Assembly: GCA_016705125.1 (NCBI GenBank)
Contig: JADIYW010000028.1
Location: 192,041 to 256,040 of the forward strand
Direction: 5' to 3'
Source: Bacteroidota bacterium
GTDB lineage: Bacteria > Bacteroidota > Bacteroidia > Chitinophagales > JADIYW01
Length of the DNA stretch: 64,000 bases
Shown: in pieces, positions 1 to 9,949 of the stretch
How positions within the stretch are numbered: the stretch's first letter is position 1
Layout of the letters: each line of letters opens with the position of its first letter
Notes under the pieces: model-generated
Databases searched by the model: none
What the model was told of the DNA's origin: nothing
Seen by the model: only the letters and a program-made list of their open reading frames with translations
Translations under genes and position numbers: made by a program

Positions 1-777
1 GGTGCATTTCATGGCAGAACTGCCGCAGCGGTAGCGGTTACAGATAATCCAAAAATAAAACCGCCTATTAACCCTGATGATCATGTTATCTTTTTACCAC
101 TAAATGATAAAATAGCACTAGAAAAAGCATTTAGCGAGCACGAGATTTGTGCCGTTATTATTGAACCATTTCAAGGAGTGAATGGAATTTACGAGGCAAA
201 ACATACTTTTCTCAAAGCGATTTCTGCGCTTTGCAAAAAAAATATGTCCTTATTTATTATTGACGAAATTCAATCAGGATACGGTCGTACTGGCCATTTT
301 TTCGCACATCAGTGGGCGTTTGTAAAACCAGATATTATTACAATGGCAAAAGGCATGGGCAACGGTTTCCCAATTGCCGGGATTTTAGTAAATCCTGAAA
401 TTAAAGTTTGGCATGGCATGCTCGGCACCACTTTTGGTGGCGCTCCCATGGCTTGTGCTGCCGGATTGAGTGTCTTAAAAACCATTGAATCAGAAAAATT
501 AATTGAAAGAAACGTCGGTTTAGGTGAATATTTTATAGAAAAATTGCGCGCACTTCCTTTTATTAAAGAAATTAGAGGTCGTGGTTTGATTTTAGGTGTT
601 GAATTTGATTTTCCTATTAAAGGTTTAAGGGAAAGGCTCGTTTATGAAAAACATATTTTTACCGGTAATGCCAGCAATCCTAACACTTTGCGCTTTCTTC
701 CGCCTATGAATATTCGTAAAAAAGACATAGACAAAACGATTAAAGCATTACAAGACCTTTTAAGCACCAACCCATAA
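1..777 (+). CDS. argD: acetyl/succinyl-ornithine aminotransferase, class III PLP enzyme (5' end outside window)
   Basis: Frame 1 is open from nt 1 (GAFHGRTAAAVAVTDNP...). It contains IIDEIQSGYGRTG and MAKGMGNGFP, typical of ArgD. It heads an arg operon, and its stop overlaps the next start (TAATG, 775-779). Confidence 0.85.
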   Translation, partial: GAFHGRTAAAVAVTDNPKIKPPINPDDHVIFLPLNDKIALEKAFSEHEICAVIIEPFQGVNGIYEAKHTFLKAISALCKKNMSLFIIDEIQSGYGRTGHFFAHQWAFVKPDIITMAKGMGNGFPIAGILVNPEIKVWHGMLGTTFGGAPMACAAGLSVLKTIESEKLIERNVGLGEYFIEKLRALPFIKEIRGRGLILGVEFDFPIKGLRERLVYEKHIFTGNASNPNTLRFLPPMNIRKKDIDKTIKALQDLLSTNP

Positions 778-1724
778 TGAGAAATTTTTTATCTGTCCAT
801 TCCATTGGTGATGTCGAGAAATTGGCGCAAGAAGCTATTGAAATAAAGTCAAACCCTTTTCAATGGGAAAATTTAGGCAAAAGAAAAACCATGGTGCTTG
901 TTTTTCTAAATTCTAGTCTTAGAACAAGAATAAGCACTCAAAAAGCGGCTCAAAATTTGGGCATGAATACAATTGTACTCAATTTGGGTACCGATTCATG
1001 GAATATGGAATTTGAAGATGGTGCAATCATGAATGGATCTACCGCCGAACACATCAAGGAAGGTGCCGCTGTTATTAGCCAGTATGCCGATATTATTGGT
1101 TTACGAAGTTTCCCAACGCTTACTGATAAAGACAGAGATTATTCCGAATTTGTACTGAACCAGTTTCTTAAAAACATAAAAGTTCCATTGGTCAATATGG
1201 AATCAGCCACAGTGCATCCTTTACAATCGCTCACAGACCTAATGACAATAAGAGAATTTGCAACAAAACCTAGGCCAAAGGTCGTTTTGACTTGGGCGCC
1301 ACACATCAAAGCATTGCCGCAGTGTGTTCCAAATTCATTTGCCGAATGGATGAACAAAGCGGAAGTAGAATTCGTAATCACGAACCCAAAAGGATACGAA
1401 TTACATGAAAAATTTGCTGGAGCAGCTACCTTTTGTAAAAACCAAACTGAAGCTTTTAAAAATGCCGATTTTATTTATGCCAAAAATTGGTCGAGCTATA
1501 CCGATTATGGTCAAATACTAAATACCGACCCCAATTGGATGGTAAATGCAGAAAAAATGGCGCTCACTAATAATGCCAAATTTATGCATTGCCTGCCAGT
1601 AAGGCGCAATATTGTAGTTGCGGATGAAGTAATTGATAGCGAAAACTCAATCGTAATCCAGCAAGCTGGCAACAGGGAATGGGCAGCACAAGCCGTGCTT
1701 AAAAGAATATTGGAAAAACTTTGA
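777..1724 (+). CDS. argF: N-acetyl/N-succinyl-ornithine carbamoyltransferase (short Bacteroidota-type OTCase homologue)
   Basis: 315 aa with the carbamoyltransferase motifs SLRTR, HPLQSLTDL and HCLPVRRN. Sits in arg operon context. Confidence 0.8.
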   Translation: MRNFLSVHSIGDVEKLAQEAIEIKSNPFQWENLGKRKTMVLVFLNSSLRTRISTQKAAQNLGMNTIVLNLGTDSWNMEFEDGAIMNGSTAEHIKEGAAVISQYADIIGLRSFPTLTDKDRDYSEFVLNQFLKNIKVPLVNMESATVHPLQSLTDLMTIREFATKPRPKVVLTWAPHIKALPQCVPNSFAEWMNKAEVEFVITNPKGYELHEKFAGAATFCKNQTEAFKNADFIYAKNWSSYTDYGQILNTDPNWMVNAEKMALTNNAKFMHCLPVRRNIVVADEVIDSENSIVIQQAGNREWAAQAVLKRILEKL

Positions 1725-2509
1725 AACAGACACTTAAAATATTTAAAATTGGCGGCAATGTAATTGACGATAGCCATGCTTTACAAAATTTCTTAGCTGA
1801 TTTTTCTAGCTTACCTTTGCCAAAAATCCTAATTCATGGCGGTGGTAAATTGGCCTCCGATTTGAGTAAGAAAATGGGAATAATGCCCAACTTAGTCAAT
1901 GGAAGACGGATAACCGACGAGCCAACTCTCGACATTGTTACGATGGTTTATGCAGGCCTTATAAACAAAAAAATAGTAGCGCAACTCCAACAAAACGGTA
2001 CCAATGCCATCGGATTAAGTGGCGCCGATGGCAACGTCATTCAATCTCGAAAAAGAGACGCGAACCCAATAGATTATGGATTTGTAGGTGATATTGAAAA
2101 AATAAACAATGCACTTATTACCAACTTATTACAACATAACCTTTGCCCCGTTTTTTGTGCCATTACACACAATATGAACGGCATATTATTAAATACAAAT
2201 GCAGATACCATTACGGCTGAATTGGCTATTTCACTCGAAAATGAATATGAAATTGAGGTGATTTATGTTTTCGAAAAATTAGGATTATTGAGCAATATCG
2301 ATGATGAAAATTCGCTTATTCCTTTCATCAAAACAAGTGATATTTTTGCCTTAAAAAAGGACAATACTATTTCAGGTGGTATGCTTCCAAAGGTAGATAA
2401 TATCGAAAACCTGCTTAATAATGGGATAAAAAAAGTATATTTATGCCATCCAAATCAAGTTAAAAACTTGGATACTAGTCATTTTAGAGGTACTATTTTC
2501 GAAAAATAA
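1721..2509 (+). CDS. argB: acetylglutamate kinase
   Basis: 262 aa; LKIFKIGGNVID N-terminus and amino-acid-kinase fold motifs. TTG start overlaps the argF stop (TTGA). Confidence 0.85.
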   Translation: MKQTLKIFKIGGNVIDDSHALQNFLADFSSLPLPKILIHGGGKLASDLSKKMGIMPNLVNGRRITDEPTLDIVTMVYAGLINKKIVAQLQQNGTNAIGLSGADGNVIQSRKRDANPIDYGFVGDIEKINNALITNLLQHNLCPVFCAITHNMNGILLNTNADTITAELAISLENEYEIEVIYVFEKLGLLSNIDDENSLIPFIKTSDIFALKKDNTISGGMLPKVDNIENLLNNGIKKVYLCHPNQVKNLDTSHFRGTIFEK

Positions 2510-3591
2510 TGGAAAAGGAAACCAATATTGCCACTCAATTATTGAAGCAACTCATTGCACAAACTTCTTTTTCAAAAACAGAAGAAAATGCTGCAGCCGT
2601 TTTTAGAAATTTTTTAACTAAAAATGCAATTCCTTTTCAAACCCAATTAAACAATACTTGGGCTACCAACAAATTCTACGACAAATCAAAACCCACTATT
2701 TTACTCAACTCGCATATAGATACCGTAAAACCTAACCCAAACTGGACTTTAAATCCTTTTGAACCCCAAGAAATAGATGGTAAAATATACGGATTAGGAA
2801 GCAATGATGCTGGAGGTTCTTTAGTGGCTTTATCTTCTACATTTCTGCATTTTTATGCTTTAGAAAACCTTTCTTTCAATATAATTTTACTCGCATCTGC
2901 TGAAGAAGAAATATCAGGAAAAAACGGCATTGAATCTTTATCGTCAATAACCGATAATTGTGAATTTGCTATTATTGGCGAGCCTACCGAAATGGCAGCA
3001 GCCGTTTCTGAACGAGGATTGATGGTATTAGATGGCAAAATAATTGGAAAGGCTGGTCATGCTGCTCGTGAGGAAGGCATTAATGCAATATATTTAGCAC
3101 AAAAAGACATCCACTTTTTTGAAACATTTGAATTTGAAAAAACAAATCCATTTTTAGGCAAAATAAAAATGAGTTTAACACAAATCAACAGCGGCACACA
3201 TCACAATGTTGTGCCAAGTCTTTGTGAATATGTGGTAGATATTAGAATGATTCCTGAATACAATTTTGAAGAAATAATCGATTTAATTCAGCCACAAATA
3301 AATGGGAAAATTGTCGCACGGTCTATGCGTTTAAAACCGTCCATTTTGCCCACAGACCACTATTTTCATTCCATTTTGAGCCAGTTAAATATAAAATCTT
3401 TTGGTTCTTCTACCCTCTCCGACCAAGCCTTGCTGAACATTGCAAGTGTAAAAATTGGCCCAGGGAAATCTGAGCGGAGCCATTCAGCGGATGAGTTTAT
3501 TTACAAAAATGAAATCGGAGAAGGCATAGAAATTTACACAAAAATACTCCACCAACTAAACCAATATTTCGAACAAAAGGCGACAATATGA
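2509..3591 (+). CDS. argE: acetylornithine deacetylase / M20 family deacylase
   Basis: 360 aa; M20 motifs (LNSHIDTV, GLGSNDAGG, EEE). Operon position between argB and argH. Confidence 0.75.
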   Translation: MEKETNIATQLLKQLIAQTSFSKTEENAAAVFRNFLTKNAIPFQTQLNNTWATNKFYDKSKPTILLNSHIDTVKPNPNWTLNPFEPQEIDGKIYGLGSNDAGGSLVALSSTFLHFYALENLSFNIILLASAEEEISGKNGIESLSSITDNCEFAIIGEPTEMAAAVSERGLMVLDGKIIGKAGHAAREEGINAIYLAQKDIHFFETFEFEKTNPFLGKIKMSLTQINSGTHHNVVPSLCEYVVDIRMIPEYNFEEIIDLIQPQINGKIVARSMRLKPSILPTDHYFHSILSQLNIKSFGSSTLSDQALLNIASVKIGPGKSERSHSADEFIYKNEIGEGIEIYTKILHQLNQYFEQKATI

Positions 3592-4940
3592 AAACTAAAT
3601 TATGGCAAAAAACTAGCCAAACTGCTTCCGAAAATTTGCAAAAAGTAGAGCAATTTACCATTGGAAATGACAACGAATTGGACATGTTTATGGCTGCTTA
3701 TGATGTATTGGGCACACTCGCACATATCGAAATGTTAGAATCTGTAGGCTTGCTTCAAAAAGAAGAATTATCCGTTTTACAAACCGAGTTAAAAAGACTA
3801 TTTAACCAAATCCAGAATGGACAATTCAAAATAAGTGAAGGTGTTGAAGACATACACTCAGAAGTCGAATTCCAGCTTACAGAAAAATTAGGCGATTTAG
3901 GCAAAAAAGTCCACAGCGGACGTTCTCGAAATGACCAAGTTCTGGTAGATATTAAAATGTACAGCAGGGCCAGATTAGAATCTATTGTAAAATTAACGAA
4001 TCAACTTTTCGAAATCTTACTTGTAAAAAGTGAAGAAAATAAAGCCATTTTATTGCCAGGTTATACTCATTTTCAAATAGCCATGCTATCGTCCGCTGGA
4101 CTTTGGTTGAGTGCTTATGCCGAAAGTCTAACCGACGATATGGAACTTTTGTATAGCGCATTTAAAGTAGTAAACAAAAACCCACTTGGCTCTGGCGCCG
4201 GTTATGGCGGTTCATTACCGATAAACCGAACAAAAACGACCAATTTACTTGGTTTCGAAACACTAAATTACAATTCTGTATATGCCCAAATGACACGTGG
4301 TAAAACCGAAAAAACAGTAGCCTCTGCCCTTTCTTCTTTAGCCGCTACCCTTTCACGTCTTTCGATGGATTGTACGCTTTACCTTTCACAAAATTTCGAT
4401 TTCATCGCATTTCCAAACGAACTCACTACAGGTTCGAGTATAATGCCACACAAAAAAAACCCAGATGTTTTCGAGTTAATAAGGGCAAAATGCAACAAAA
4501 TACAAAGCTACCAAACACAGTTTTTCAATATCACCAACAATCTCCCATCAGGCTACCATCGCGACATGCAGATACTAAAAGACGATTATTTTGCCATGTT
4601 TGACGAAATATCCAGTTGTTTAGAAATGATGATAATGATGATACAAAATATCAGTTTCAAAGAAAACATTTTGAACGATCCACGATACCTACCTCTTTTT
4701 AGTGTAGAAGCAGTAAATCAACTCGTTAGCACAGGAATTCCCTTTCGTATTGCCTATCAGCAAGTAGGATTATCCATAGAAAATGGCACTTTCGAAATGC
4801 CAAAACTAAGTCAACATACACATGAGGGTTCCAAAGACAATCTTTGTTTAGACGAAATCAGATCGGCATACAACCAAACTATACAACAATTCCCCTTCGA
4901 CAAAATCAATCAAGCTTTGGCAAAATTATCCCAAGAGTAA
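3588..4940 (+). CDS. argH: argininosuccinate lyase
   Basis: 450 aa; fumarate-lyase signature GSSIMPHKKNP and HSGRSRNDQV. Confidence 0.9.
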   Translation: MKTKLWQKTSQTASENLQKVEQFTIGNDNELDMFMAAYDVLGTLAHIEMLESVGLLQKEELSVLQTELKRLFNQIQNGQFKISEGVEDIHSEVEFQLTEKLGDLGKKVHSGRSRNDQVLVDIKMYSRARLESIVKLTNQLFEILLVKSEENKAILLPGYTHFQIAMLSSAGLWLSAYAESLTDDMELLYSAFKVVNKNPLGSGAGYGGSLPINRTKTTNLLGFETLNYNSVYAQMTRGKTEKTVASALSSLAATLSRLSMDCTLYLSQNFDFIAFPNELTTGSSIMPHKKNPDVFELIRAKCNKIQSYQTQFFNITNNLPSGYHRDMQILKDDYFAMFDEISSCLEMMIMMIQNISFKENILNDPRYLPLFSVEAVNQLVSTGIPFRIAYQQVGLSIENGTFEMPKLSQHTHEGSKDNLCLDEIRSAYNQTIQQFPFDKINQALAKLSQE

Positions 4941-5129
4941 AAGCAGGGTTATATTTCAGATTTGAGAAATATAGGGTTGAAAATTTTGGGTAAATAAAAG
5001 GAAAAAAGAAATAGTTCAAATTTTTACCTTGTGAAAAATAATATTACTTTTTGCATTATCAACCATAATATTTAGGTTTTATAGCTTAACTTAGCCGACA
5101 GAAATAATATAAACTACTGACATCATAAA

Positions 5130-6698
5130 ATGGCAAAACTGAAGAAAGAAATAAAAGAAAAAGCAATTGAAGTTACCCTTTGGGAAGCAGCTAATAAATT
5201 GAGAGGTAGTGTAGAGCCTGCCGAATATAAACACGTTGTATTAGGACTTGTATTCTTAAAGTTTGCCAGCGACAAGTTTGAAGAACACCGAGCCAAACTC
5301 ATTGCAGAAGGCAAAGAAAAGTATATTGAGAAACCTGAGTTTTATAATATGAGCAATGTGTTTTTCTTGGAAGAAATTTCACGTTGGAGCTACATTGTAA
5401 AAAAGGCAAGACAAAATGATATTGCTTTAATCATTGACACAGCCCTGCACACTATTGAAAAGGACAACAAAGCGTTGAAAGGTGCTTTGCCCGACAATTA
5501 CTTTTCTCGTTTGGGTTTAGATATTACCAAACTGGCTTCTTTGATTAGCGAAATTGACAACATCAATACACTTAAAGACAAAGAACAGGATTTGGTTGGG
5601 CGTGTTTATGAATACTTCCTAAAAAAGTTTGCAATTGCAGAAGGAAAAGGCAAAGGAGAATTCTATACACCAAAAACAATTGTAAGTCTTATTTCAGAAA
5701 TGATTGAACCTTACAAAGGAATTATCTATGACCCTGCTTGTGGTTCGGGTGGTATGTTTGTGCAGTCTATCAAGTTTATTCAAGCACACCACGGAAACCA
5801 AAAAGAAGTTTCCATTTACGGTCAAGAATACACCAAAACTACTTACAAACTGGCAAAGATGAACCTCGCCATCAGAGGGATTTCTGCCAACCTGGGCGAA
5901 AAAGCTGCCGACACTTTTGCAGACGACCAACACAAAGACCTGAAAGCCGATTACATAATGGCAAACCCACCTTTTAACCAAAAAGACTGGCGAGGCGAAA
6001 ATGAATTGATTGACGACCCACGTTGGAGAGGCTATGATGTGCCACCCAAAAGCAACGCCAACTATGGTTGGATTTTGAATATGGTTTCCAAACTTTCAGA
6101 AAACGGAATTGCAGGTTTTATATTGGCAAACGGTGCTTTGAGTGGCGGTGGCGAAGAATACAAAATACGCAGAAAGCTCATTGAAAATAAACTGGTGGAA
6201 GCCATAGTAATTATTCCGAGAGATACTTTTTACACCACCGACATTAGCGTTACGCTTTGGATTTTGAACAAAAACAAAAAAGCAAGAACCGTTGAAATAA
6301 ACGGAAAACAGAAAAACTACCGTGACCGTGAAAGGGAAATTTTGTTTTTGGATTTAAGGCGTTGGGGACAGGATTTTGAAAAGCAGTTTATAGAACTTAC
6401 AGAAGTAGAAATTGCCAAAGTTTCCGAGAACTACCACAACTGGCAACAAACCGACTACAAGAAAACCTACAAAAATGTGCCTGAGTATTGCTACTCTGCA
6501 AGTTTTGAAGAATTAAAGGCCAATGATTTTTCTTTGGTGCCAAGCAAATACATTGAGTTTATTGACCGTGATAGCGAAATAGATTTTGATACCGAAATGA
6601 AACGCATACAAAAGGATTTTAAAACCCTTTTGAAAGAAGAAAAGCAATCGCAAGACCAATTGATTAACGCTTTTAAAATATTGGGCTATGAGTTATAA
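5130..6698 (+). CDS. hsdM: Type I restriction-modification DNA methyltransferase subunit M
   Basis: 522 aa; AdoMet motif I YDPACGSGGMF, catalytic motif IV NPPFNQKDW, N-terminal HsdM helical domain (LWEAANKLRG). Confidence 0.9.
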   Translation: MAKLKKEIKEKAIEVTLWEAANKLRGSVEPAEYKHVVLGLVFLKFASDKFEEHRAKLIAEGKEKYIEKPEFYNMSNVFFLEEISRWSYIVKKARQNDIALIIDTALHTIEKDNKALKGALPDNYFSRLGLDITKLASLISEIDNINTLKDKEQDLVGRVYEYFLKKFAIAEGKGKGEFYTPKTIVSLISEMIEPYKGIIYDPACGSGGMFVQSIKFIQAHHGNQKEVSIYGQEYTKTTYKLAKMNLAIRGISANLGEKAADTFADDQHKDLKADYIMANPPFNQKDWRGENELIDDPRWRGYDVPPKSNANYGWILNMVSKLSENGIAGFILANGALSGGGEEYKIRRKLIENKLVEAIVIIPRDTFYTTDISVTLWILNKNKKARTVEINGKQKNYRDREREILFLDLRRWGQDFEKQFIELTEVEIAKVSENYHNWQQTDYKKTYKNVPEYCYSASFEELKANDFSLVPSKYIEFIDRDSEIDFDTEMKRIQKDFKTLLKEEKQSQDQLINAFKILGYEL

Positions 6699-7818
6699 GC
6701 GTATTGGCGATTATATTCATTTGGTTGATAATCGCAATAAAGATTTAGCGGTTACAAACTTATTGGGTATAAACATTACCAAGAATTTTATGCCTTCGGT
6801 TGCCAATACATCTGAATCGGATTTATCTAAGTACAAAATCATTCAGAAAGGTCAATTCGCATATAGTGCTATGCAAGTGGGCAGAGATGAAACTATCCGT
6901 TTGGCTTTGTATGCAGAAGAAAATCCTGCAATCATTTCTCCCGCATATTTGGTAATTGAAGTAAATGACGAAAATGAATTTTTGCCCGAGTATATGATGA
7001 TGTGGTTTCAAAGACCCGAATCAGATAGATACGGTTGGTTTATTAGCGATAGTAGCGTAAGAGCAAGTTTAGACTGGGAAAGATTTTGTGAAATACAAAT
7101 ACCAATTCCAGAGATTGATGAGCAACGAAAATTTGTTGCACTCTACAATGGCTTACTCACCAACCAAAAAACCTACGCAAATAGTTTGGCTGATTTGCAA
7201 TTGATTTGCGATACATACATTGAAAACCTAATTAAAACCGAAAAGCCTAAAGTGCTTGGAGAATATATTGAGAGAATAATAGATAAAAACACGGATGATA
7301 AATTTAATTCTGTAATAGGAATCAGTGAAAGAAAAGAGTTCAGAGAACCTGCTGGAAAGGTAAATAAGGAGAATTTGTCCAATCATTTAATAGTTCGGAA
7401 AAACGAATTCGGATACATTCCAAGAATGAATCCATTTAAACCATTGGCTGTTGCATTGTCGCATTATGATTATCCCGTTTTGGTTTCACCCTCATATGTT
7501 GCATTTAGAGTAATTGATACTAAAGTGCTCTTACCAGAATTTTTGATGCTCTATTTCAAAAGACCAGCCTTTGACAGATACGCAGCTTTTAATGCTTGGA
7601 GTAGCACACGAGATACTTTTGATTGGCCTGATATGATTATTGTAAAAGTTCCGATTCCCGACATAAAAATTCAAGAAGCCATTGTAACCATTTACCACAC
7701 TTTGGAAACTCGTAAGCGAATCAACGAACAATTGAAAAACACCATTAAACCACTTTGCCCTGTGTTGATGAAAGGTGTGGTGTTGAGTTTTAAAACTGAA
7801 AAGCAATTGTCTCTATGA
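6688..7818 (+). CDS. hsdS: Type I restriction-modification specificity subunit S
   Basis: 376 aa; two target-recognition halves, each followed by a related conserved block (LPEYMMMWFQRPESDRY... / LPEFLMLYFKRPAFDRY...). Overlaps hsdM by 11 nt. Confidence 0.85.
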   Translation: MSYKRIGDYIHLVDNRNKDLAVTNLLGINITKNFMPSVANTSESDLSKYKIIQKGQFAYSAMQVGRDETIRLALYAEENPAIISPAYLVIEVNDENEFLPEYMMMWFQRPESDRYGWFISDSSVRASLDWERFCEIQIPIPEIDEQRKFVALYNGLLTNQKTYANSLADLQLICDTYIENLIKTEKPKVLGEYIERIIDKNTDDKFNSVIGISERKEFREPAGKVNKENLSNHLIVRKNEFGYIPRMNPFKPLAVALSHYDYPVLVSPSYVAFRVIDTKVLLPEFLMLYFKRPAFDRYAAFNAWSSTRDTFDWPDMIIVKVPIPDIKIQEAIVTIYHTLETRKRINEQLKNTIKPLCPVLMKGVVLSFKTEKQLSL

Positions 7819-8938
7819 GTTTAAGTAATCATAAACCCACTCAAGAGGAAATTGTAAATACCTCAATCCCAAATCGACTTTATTGGCACGAGTTTGAAAA
7901 TAATCGTTTTTTTCAAGTAGTACATCAAGACGAAACAGGATTTGAAATAAAACTTGCTCCTAAAACAATGTTTAAGGTTAAATACCTTATAGACAAAGAA
8001 GATATTGAAGGTTTTGAACTGATAAAAGTTAGCAATATTGCAACACAAAAGGTTTCGCTTAGCAAATTCAATTTTGCTCAATTAAAAGCATTCCTTTCTT
8101 TCATAAGCGAAATTGATTTAAAAGGAATTACAGAAAAGCGGCTTAAAATTTTAGATGACCAAGAATTAGATACAGATTCTATTCGTTCTGTTAAAACATT
8201 ATTATCGAAAAAGGGTGGTGCTGAATTAGTAGAAACTTTGATAAACGAAGGCATCATTTCATCAAAGGATATTGTAAACACAGCATTTAGAAAACGAGGG
8301 CTTCAAATATTTTCAGACTTAAAAAACAACTCGGAATGACCTATGCGAAGCAACAGCTTGAAGAAGCACAGTGAGAAGGTTGTAATACTTTTGATCAGTG
8401 GATTTTTGGCTATGGTTTAGATTATCGCTATCAAGAAATTCTGCAAAGAGAAGTTCATCTTTCTGATGCAGGGTGGATGGTTCAAATACTGTAATTGGCG
8501 ATTATCTGTTGGGTGATAACTTCTTTACAACCTTTGTTGAGTTAAAGAAACCTTCAACGCCATTATTTGGAAAAAAAGGGAATCGTTCAAACTCTTGGAA
8601 ACTATCTAATGACTTAATTGAATCCGTTTCTCAAATTCTTGAACATAAAGCTACTGGTTTAATTCGCTTAGATAAACAACAATTCATAAAAGGTGAACCA
8701 GTCAACCAAAAGGCTTACGATTCAAGGGTAATTTTAATCATTGGCAAAGATTTGGAAGGAACTTGAAAATTCAAGCAATACATTAGAAAAAGAGATTAAA
8801 AAGAAAACTTTGGAGTTGTTTAGAATGGATAGCAGAAATGTTGAAATTCTAACTTTTGATGAATTGTATGAAAGAGCTTGTTTTATTGCAGAAGGCGAAA
8901 ATGAGTTAGCAACAAATAATATCAACTATTGTAGATGA
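7815..8938 (+). pseudogene. decayed Shedu-type (DUF4263-like, PD-(D/E)xK) nuclease gene, in at least 4 frame pieces
   Basis: An intact 174-aa N-terminal piece (7815-8339) is followed by WIFGYGLDY... in another frame with an in-frame TGA. Next comes DYLL...FVELKKP...SQILEHK (D..ExK core) at 8473-8766, then a C-terminal ...VEILTFDELYERA piece at 8741-8938. The start overlaps the hsdS stop (ATGA). Confidence 0.5.
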
Positions 8939-9057
8939 TGATGACTTCCCTTTTTAAATATTGGTAAGAAATTCAAAGAAGAAAAATTAGAAAATAGAAT
9001 ACTAAAGTTAACAGAACTGAAAGATTTGCTACTTTACAAATAAGCGACAGTAGAAAA

Positions 9058-9345
9058 TTGAGAGATATGGGAAAAGACCTATTTCAGGATATCAAAAAAA
9101 CCATTGAAGCATTTCAAGAATCATTGAAAGGGCATTTGCCAGCATTAGAGGCAGAGATCAATGATTTGATACATTCGGGAAATAAGGACAAAAACACTAT
9201 TGAAAATACATTAGATACTTTGCTGTCATTGACATATATGGGTGTAGGGAAGGAATTATTTATACGATTATTAGAATATTACAAAACCATAGATGCAGAT
9301 GGTGCATCTTTTTATTGGAACGAATACGATAAAGACAATGAATAA
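9058..9345 (+). CDS. hypothetical small protein (95 aa)
   Basis: Open frame only, with no recognisable motif. TTG start in the track; an ATG lies at 9067. The stop overlaps the RAYT start. Confidence 0.3.
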   Translation: MRDMGKDLFQDIKKTIEAFQESLKGHLPALEAEINDLIHSGNKDKNTIENTLDTLLSLTYMGVGKELFIRLLEYYKTIDADGASFYWNEYDKDNE

Positions 9346-9949
9346 ATACAACCCCAATATCCACCACCGCCAATCCATCCGCCTGAAAGGATATGATTAT
9401 GCGCAAGCGGGTTTATATTTCATTACCATTTGTTGTCAACGTAGGGGCAATCCCTCGTGGTTGCCCTTTGGGGAAATTGAAAATGGGGAAATGAAATTAA
9501 ATGATGCGGGTATGATGGTTGAAAATGAATGGTTGAAATTGCCTAATCGATTTCAAAATATACAATTACACGAATATGTTGTGATGCCAAACCATTTCCA
9601 CGCCATTTTGGAAATCGTAGGGGCGACCCTTGTGGTCGCCCCTGTAAGGGTATCCCTTGTGGATACCCAAAATGATGATACCCAAAATGATGGTGATTTA
9701 CAAAAAGGGCAACCACAAGGGATTGCCCCTACAAAAACCATTGGTGATATGATGGATGCATTTAAATCAATAACAACCGTTGAATATATTCGTGGTATAA
9801 AAACATTGGGTTGGCAACCATTTGATGGTAAATTATGGCAACGCAATTATTGGGAACATATCATACGTGATGAACAATCCTATCAACGCATTTCAGAATA
9901 TATCATCAACAATCCTGCAAAATGGCCAGACGATAAATTTTATACATAA
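9338..9949 (+). CDS. REP-associated tyrosine transposase-like (RAYT, IS200/Y1 HUH family) protein
   Basis: MNKYNPNIHHRQSIRLKGYDY...YFITICC...MPNHFHAILEI (HUH motif)...WQRNYWEHIIRD...YIINNPAKW. I prefer the ATG at 9338 over the track start at 9293. The stop overlaps the hsdR start (TAATG). Confidence 0.7.
   Translation: MNKYNPNIHHRQSIRLKGYDYAQAGLYFITICCQRRGNPSWLPFGEIENGEMKLNDAGMMVENEWLKLPNRFQNIQLHEYVVMPNHFHAILEIVGATLVVAPVRVSLVDTQNDDTQNDGDLQKGQPQGIAPTKTIGDMMDAFKSITTVEYIRGIKTLGWQPFDGKLWQRNYWEHIIRDEQSYQRISEYIINNPAKWPDDKFYT
9441..9732. repeat. four GC-rich hairpins with a GTAG/GTAA 5' prefix and a shared CCCT(T/C)GTGG centre, all inside the RAYT ORF
   Basis: 9441-9466 is gtaggggcaatccctcgtggttgccc. 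9617-9646 is gtag+ggggcgacc/cttgt/ggtcgcccc (9-bp stem). 9648-9668 is gggtatcc/cttgt/ggataccc (8-bp stem). 9707-9732 is the reverse complement of the first copy with one mismatch. Confidence 0.65.

Noticed and set aside
4941-5129. Direct repeats or att-like sites delimiting the R-M region (4941-5129 vs 13162-13281) as a genomic island
   Set aside because: I could not find a convincing shared repeat of 12 bp or more between the two flanks by eye, and no integrase is present. Island status remains possible but unsupported.
6688-7818. Phase-variable hsdS shufflon
   Set aside because: No second or partial hsdS copy, inverted hsdS repeats or site-specific recombinase lie adjacent. The RAYT is an HUH enzyme and is not known to invert hsdS segments.
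9293-9337. Track start codons for the RAYT (9293), GxxExxY-2 (37029), ATPase (25452), deoD (39821), trhO (48668) and DUF4153-like (61524) ORFs
   Set aside because: The extensions overlap the upstream gene or run through repeats or inverted repeats, and they add non-conserved residues. Internal ATGs give N-termini that match the family consensus (for example [11 protein letters not shown] for DeoD and MKENDLAYKV for GxxExxY).
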